Virus record (IMG/VR): IMGVR_UViG_3300037991_001647
Span: 51,782 to 71,781 of that record
Reading direction: 5' to 3' (one strand)
Length of the DNA: 20,000 bases
Origin: an uncultured virus (IMG/VR IMGVR_UViG_3300037991_001647)
Taxonomy: Duplodnaviria; Heunggongvirae; Uroviricota; Caudoviricetes
Shown: positions 16,429-20,000 of the stretch, one piece after another
Layout: every line of letters starts with the position of its first letter
Position numbering within the stretch: the first letter of the stretch is position 1
Notes under the pieces: model-generated
Database searches by the model: none
Seen by the model: the letters and a program-made list of their open reading frames with translations, nothing else
Told to the model about the DNA's origin: nothing
Made by a program: the position numbers and the translations under genes

Positions 16429-18183
16429 TTAGTCACCTCTTTTTAAATCAGTTCTAACTTGTTGTTTACCAGTTTGTGGTCCAACAATTTTCATCTTTTT
16501 GACTATTTCTTTGAAACCGTTTTTAGTTTTGATATAGTTCTTTACTAGTTCTTTTTGTTCTGGTTTCATAATATCGTGATAAGCCATTGTGAAACGTCTA
16601 GCCATATCAGGAGTTACTTTTAATACTTCACCATCGTAGAACTTAATAGGGAAAGGATCGTTATCTTTACGTGATGCTAAGTTATCTAAAACTCTTAAAG
16701 GATCAGATTGTTTAACTGCTTTACCTGGTTGATATTCTACAATAACATAAAACTCTGAAAGACCGTCACCTACTGAAGGTTGTTTCTTTGCTAGTTTCTT
16801 ATTTCCATAACCACCTAGTTGAGATAAAGGTTTCTTACTTCCGTAACCTTCTTCAACATCGTCATCCATCTTACTTAAAACATCTTTAATATCATCTGCA
16901 TAATATCTTGAATCGTTCCATACTGCATAACGACCTAAGTCTGCACTATCATTGTCTGTAACAATTTTAGTTACTGGTTTCTTTTCTGTTCCGTCTTTGT
17001 TCCATCTTTGTGATACTAAAACTTCTTGACCTTTATATCCAAAAGTGATATCTCTGCCACCTGGCATTTCTTTATAGTTCATTAAAGACGCACCCATATG
17101 GTCAGCAACTTCTTGATAATACCATTCTTCTGTATCATCATAATTTTCTACAACACTTTCTTGTGTAGATGGGTTTTCAGTTTGAATATCAACAATAGTT
17201 GCGGCCATATCGCCCATTGCAAGAGATATTTTTCCGTCTCTATTGTATAAGAAAAACTTAACACCACCTGGAATACCTTCTGCACTAATTTGTTGCATTG
17301 AAAATTTTGATAGATTGTATTTCTCTGATTTAGTACGTCTACCCATTTTAAATGGTTTATATTTTTCACCACGTTTAAATGCTGAGTCATACCATAGATA
17401 AATTGTATCACCAAACTTTAATTCATTAAATATTTCAAGTTTTTCTTCAGGTGTGATATTTCTTTTTGGTGCGATGATACCTTCATCTTCTTTAACTGTT
17501 CCTTCTTTATCACCTACTTTTTTACCAGGAGCATTATAAACTGTACCACCTTTTTCTTTTTGAAGTCTTCTCATATTTGCTTTTGAACCTTTAGCAACAT
17601 ATTCACCGTTGATTACAAGTCCATACATCGTAGATTTTGGTATTGGCATTTCTTCTACTTTCTTAGTTGCAGGATCATCGTGATTGTATCCTGCTTTATC
17701 TAGTCTATCGTGTTGCTTTTTCTTTTTAGCAAACTTGGCTTTATAATCATTCTTAGTGCCTTTGTACATCATATGCGGTTCATATTCATCATCTTTAGAC
17801 TCGACTGGAAATTCTTGATTAGATGTTTTGAAGTCTGGTTTACGCATAACACTTTTTGCAACTAAGTCTAATTCTTTGTTGTCTCTATCCCATTTTAAAA
17901 CAAAAGGCATATTAATATCAGTAGACAAATCTTTCATAACTGCCTCTGCATCTGGACCCATTTGTGCAATAGGTTTGCCCCATTTTTTAAATTCTTGTTT
18001 GAATAGTCTTGTTAATTCTGACATAGTAATTTGCTTTTTATTTCTTTCATCGTTTACACGGTCAAGAAAATGTTTTGTAAACTCTACATCGATACCTACT
18101 TTTGCAAATAACTTATCTGCAAAACGTTCAAGTTGGTCAATATCACTTTGTGATATTTCTTTATCTACTTCATCCAGTCTCAT
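16429..18183 (-). CDS. Modular putative virion internal (poly)protein, 584 aa
   Basis: N-terminus MRLDEVDKE. Modules separated by PVES, KVEE, TVKE, TQESVVEN, DVEEG, GLSE. N-terminal EFTKHFLDRVNDERN domain. C-terminal domain is paralogous to one in the 643-aa protein. Confidence 0.6.
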   Translation of the reverse strand: MRLDEVDKEISQSDIDQLERFADKLFAKVGIDVEFTKHFLDRVNDERNKKQITMSELTRLFKQEFKKWGKPIAQMGPDAEAVMKDLSTDINMPFVLKWDRDNKELDLVAKSVMRKPDFKTSNQEFPVESKDDEYEPHMMYKGTKNDYKAKFAKKKKQHDRLDKAGYNHDDPATKKVEEMPIPKSTMYGLVINGEYVAKGSKANMRRLQKEKGGTVYNAPGKKVGDKEGTVKEDEGIIAPKRNITPEEKLEIFNELKFGDTIYLWYDSAFKRGEKYKPFKMGRRTKSEKYNLSKFSMQQISAEGIPGGVKFFLYNRDGKISLAMGDMAATIVDIQTENPSTQESVVENYDDTEEWYYQEVADHMGASLMNYKEMPGGRDITFGYKGQEVLVSQRWNKDGTEKKPVTKIVTDNDSADLGRYAVWNDSRYYADDIKDVLSKMDDDVEEGYGSKKPLSQLGGYGNKKLAKKQPSVGDGLSEFYVIVEYQPGKAVKQSDPLRVLDNLASRKDNDPFPIKFYDGEVLKVTPDMARRFTMAYHDIMKPEQKELVKNYIKTKNGFKEIVKKMKIVGPQTGKQQVRTDLKRGD

Positions 18184-19301
18184 TGTTTTGTTCCCTTTAA
18201 GAGTTTGATTTCTTTTTGTAAGATATCAACTGCTTTGATTAATTTTTCTATTTTGTCGTCCTGAGCCAAATCAGCAACGTCACTATCTTTTTCGTTCTTT
18301 TCAACATCTGCTAAAAGAGCCGATAGAACATTATCCGCTTGAGGATATTTTGTTTTTAATTGCATCAATGCTCTTGCAGTTTTAGGATCAAAACCTTTTA
18401 GCATATCTTCTGGCTTTTCTTTCTTTGGTTGGTCTTCATCCATCTTTGAAAGTTTTGCCGCGATTGCCATTTGTCTACGTTTTGCTTTTGACTTGCCTTT
18501 AAACTGTGGAGCATCACTTTTATAGAAATCTTTTACTACGTCACCCATTGGTGTTTTCTTTGTAATCTTTTCTTCTAACGAGTTTAATAATTCTGCCTCA
18601 ACAATTTGTTCATACAAAGAACGTTCTTCCCAATCTTCACTAATAGTTGTTTCTTGTAATTTAGATTTGAATAACTGCATTACGTCTTGAGGTATATCTG
18701 AACGAGAATATAAGTCTTGTAAAATTTGCTCTAGTTCTCTTTCATCTGCATTCTTAATCATATTACGAATTTGTGTAGCACTTTGCATTTGCTCACCTCT
18801 TACTTTAAATTGAAAAGTAGGAACTGTAGCAATATAAGAATGGTCACGTAATGGTTTAGCATTTTCAATACCAGGCCATTTTTGAATGTGAGCAGGTTTA
18901 CCTTTATTCTCACCTCTTACTAATAGTTTAGGTCCGTTTGCTGGGAAATCAAATCTTGGATCTTCTGCCATATCTTTTTCTGATACTGCATAAACAACTA
19001 TAGTATTATCTGGATCAAATCTATCTGTAATTTCTGTAGCAAGATAAGGTACTTTTGCTTGTACAATAGCATTTGGATCAACACCTGCTAATTGCATCAT
19101 CTTTTTCTTTTCATCGAAAGAGAAAGGTGACTTGTGGTCATCTGTTTTGTTAGAAGATGCTATGAAAACTTTAGCACCGTTGTACTTTTGTTTTAGGTAT
19201 TTGTATACTTTTCCGTGTCCAATGTGAAACGGGTGAAATCTACCTGGATATATTACAACAAGATTGCTATTTTCATTCTCAAATAAATCATATAATTTCA
19301 T
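18180..19301 (-). CDS. HIGH-motif nucleotidyltransferase (cytidyltransferase-like) with C-terminal accessory modules, 373 aa
   Basis: VVIYPGRFHPFHIGHGKVY, KSPFSF.EK..MM, SATQIR. Start revised from TTG 19349 to ATG 19301 (MKLYDLFENE), downstream of GATAAATA and an AAGGGA SD. Confidence 0.82.
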   Translation of the reverse strand: MKLYDLFENENSNLVVIYPGRFHPFHIGHGKVYKYLKQKYNGAKVFIASSNKTDDHKSPFSFDEKKKMMQLAGVDPNAIVQAKVPYLATEITDRFDPDNTIVVYAVSEKDMAEDPRFDFPANGPKLLVRGENKGKPAHIQKWPGIENAKPLRDHSYIATVPTFQFKVRGEQMQSATQIRNMIKNADERELEQILQDLYSRSDIPQDVMQLFKSKLQETTISEDWEERSLYEQIVEAELLNSLEEKITKKTPMGDVVKDFYKSDAPQFKGKSKAKRRQMAIAAKLSKMDEDQPKKEKPEDMLKGFDPKTARALMQLKTKYPQADNVLSALLADVEKNEKDSDVADLAQDDKIEKLIKAVDILQKEIKLLKGTKQ

Positions 19302-19330
19302 CGGATTTCCCTTTAATTTATTGTTATGTG

Positions 19331-19338
19331 TATTTATC
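19331..19338 (-). promoter_or_regulatory. T4 gp55-type late promoter-like motif GATAAATA
   Basis: About 30 nt upstream of ATG 19301. Same octamer as 10791-10798. Confidence 0.6.
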
Positions 19339-19366
19339 TTTAAATTCAAATATCCAGGTATGGCTA

Positions 19367-19386
19367 ACCCGGGAATACACCCGGGT
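19367..19386. terminator. GC-rich intergenic hairpin
   Basis: ACCCGGG-AATACA-CCCGGGT in AT-rich intergenic DNA between the sigma70-driven small ORFs and the late block. No clear U-tract. Confidence 0.4.
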
Positions 19387-19409
19387 CAAATAAGAGGCTT
19401 GAGATTATA

Positions 19410-19607
19410 TTAATCTAAATCGCATTGCCAATATTTTCCGTCAAACCAAGCACGTAGCCCACCTAACGGATAATCTTTATGTTCAAAGAAGATATAAGGA
19501 CGACCACTTGCGTCTATTTTTTGCTCTATAATATCGGCTTCTTCTAAAGGTATTAGTCGTTCTGCACCAGTATCTTCGTAAACTGCACTATTAAAAATTC
19601 GTATCAT
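19410..19607 (-). CDS. Hypothetical protein (65 aa)
   Basis: ORF with AAGGA SD, in series with its neighbours. Confidence 0.75.
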   Translation of the reverse strand: MIRIFNSAVYEDTGAERLIPLEEADIIEQKIDASGRPYIFFEHKDYPLGGLRAWFDGKYWQCDLD

Positions 19608-19617
19608 TTATTATCCT

Positions 19618-19851
19618 TTATGAAAAAAGTGGTTGAAATGTTGAGAACACTTTATTATAAGCATTCACTTCATATTGATAAGGCTCAAAGAATTCATCAT
19701 CATCCTCAGAACCAGAATTACAGTGGTCTTCCCAGGCAGAGTTCATTAACTCCATACCTTTAAGAAGGTCACCAGAACCAAAGTTAGAAATAATACCTTT
19801 TGAGTCTTCAAAAGACAATTCCATTTCGAAAAAACTAGGGATACGAAACAT
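19618..19851 (-). CDS. Hypothetical acidic protein (77 aa)
   Basis: GAGAGG SD and a sigma70 promoter directly upstream. Confidence 0.75.
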   Translation of the reverse strand: MFRIPSFFEMELSFEDSKGIISNFGSGDLLKGMELMNSAWEDHCNSGSEDDDEFFEPYQYEVNAYNKVFSTFQPLFS

Positions 19852-19881
19852 ATTTAACGACCTCTCTTTTCTGATTACTTA

Positions 19882-19912
19882 ATTATAATAGCACGATTCG
19901 TGAATCTGTCAA
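19882..19912 (-). promoter_or_regulatory. Early/sigma70-type promoter
   Basis: TTGACA(19912-19907)-16 bp-TATTAT with extended TGn (TGcTATTATAAT). The spacer holds GATTC-AC-GAATC. Confidence 0.7.
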
Positions 19913-19916
19913 GTTT

Positions 19917-20000
19917 TTAGTCGAATAAATGTGAGAATTGAGCCGTCATTTTTGTAAACATTACAGGGTCTTTTTCTACTAATATTGCTTTTCTATTTAA
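19917..20000 (-). CDS. 3' end of a probable N6/N4 DNA methyltransferase
   Basis: Manual translation: LNRKAILVEKDPVMFTKMTAQFSHLFD*. The LNR..I..E.D pattern matches the C-terminus of beta-class amino-MTases. Only 27 aa are visible. Confidence 0.55.
   Translation of the reverse strand, partial: LNRKAILVEKDPVMFTKMTAQFSHLFD

Larger units (their letters stand above)
1..20000 (-). mobile_element. Segment of a large T4-like/jumbo bacteriophage genome
   Basis: Phage-type PolB next to clamp-like and DsbA-like genes. Dense one-strand gene packing with TAATG/ATGA/GTGA overlaps, bacterial Shine-Dalgarno sites, sigma70 promoters and GATAAATA late-promoter-like motifs. Confidence 0.92.

Noticed and set aside
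1657..18208. Other short + strand ORFs and the nested minus-strand ORF 17148-17414
   Set aside because: All overlap well-supported minus-strand genes and have antisense-type composition with no motifs.
1..20000. CRISPR array, tRNA/rRNA genes, IS elements, stop-codon reassignment
   Set aside because: No repeat-spacer structure, cloverleaf or transposase seen. Intergenic spaces are tiny. Genes are full length in code 11, with TAA, TGA and TAG all acting as stops.

Overview
AT-rich segment of a large T4-like or jumbo dsDNA phage genome, probably metagenome-assembled (two 10-N gaps). All credible genes are on the minus strand. Reading in the direction of transcription (right to left) there are two blocks. 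Block 1 (19.3-8.6 kb) is driven by two GATAAATA late-type promoters. It encodes modular proteins that begin with a capsid-targeting-like peptide (MKL/MRL/MKI..[E/D/Q]..E) and whose domains are separated by short hydrophobic-x-E linkers resembling T4 prohead-protease sites. The largest (1425 aa) strings together ParB/Srx-like, SpoT/Mesh1-type HD hydrolase, ADP-ribosyltransferase-like, CCA-adding enzyme and HAD 5'(3')-nucleotidase domains. Its ART-like module is bounded by an exact in-frame 20-bp direct repeat. Block 2 (8.5 kb-0) is a sigma70-type replication/modification cluster: DsbA-like protein, family B DNA polymerase, SGNH-like protein, two unannotated small membrane proteins, N6-adenine MTase, sliding clamp, TGT/DpdA-like transglycosylase and an AzgA/NCS2 nucleobase permease. 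The most interesting candidates are (i) a virion-packaged, protease-processed effector polyprotein system and (ii) a clamp-tethered base-exchange enzyme paired with a phage-encoded nucleobase importer. All family calls come from reading motifs by eye; no database search was run.
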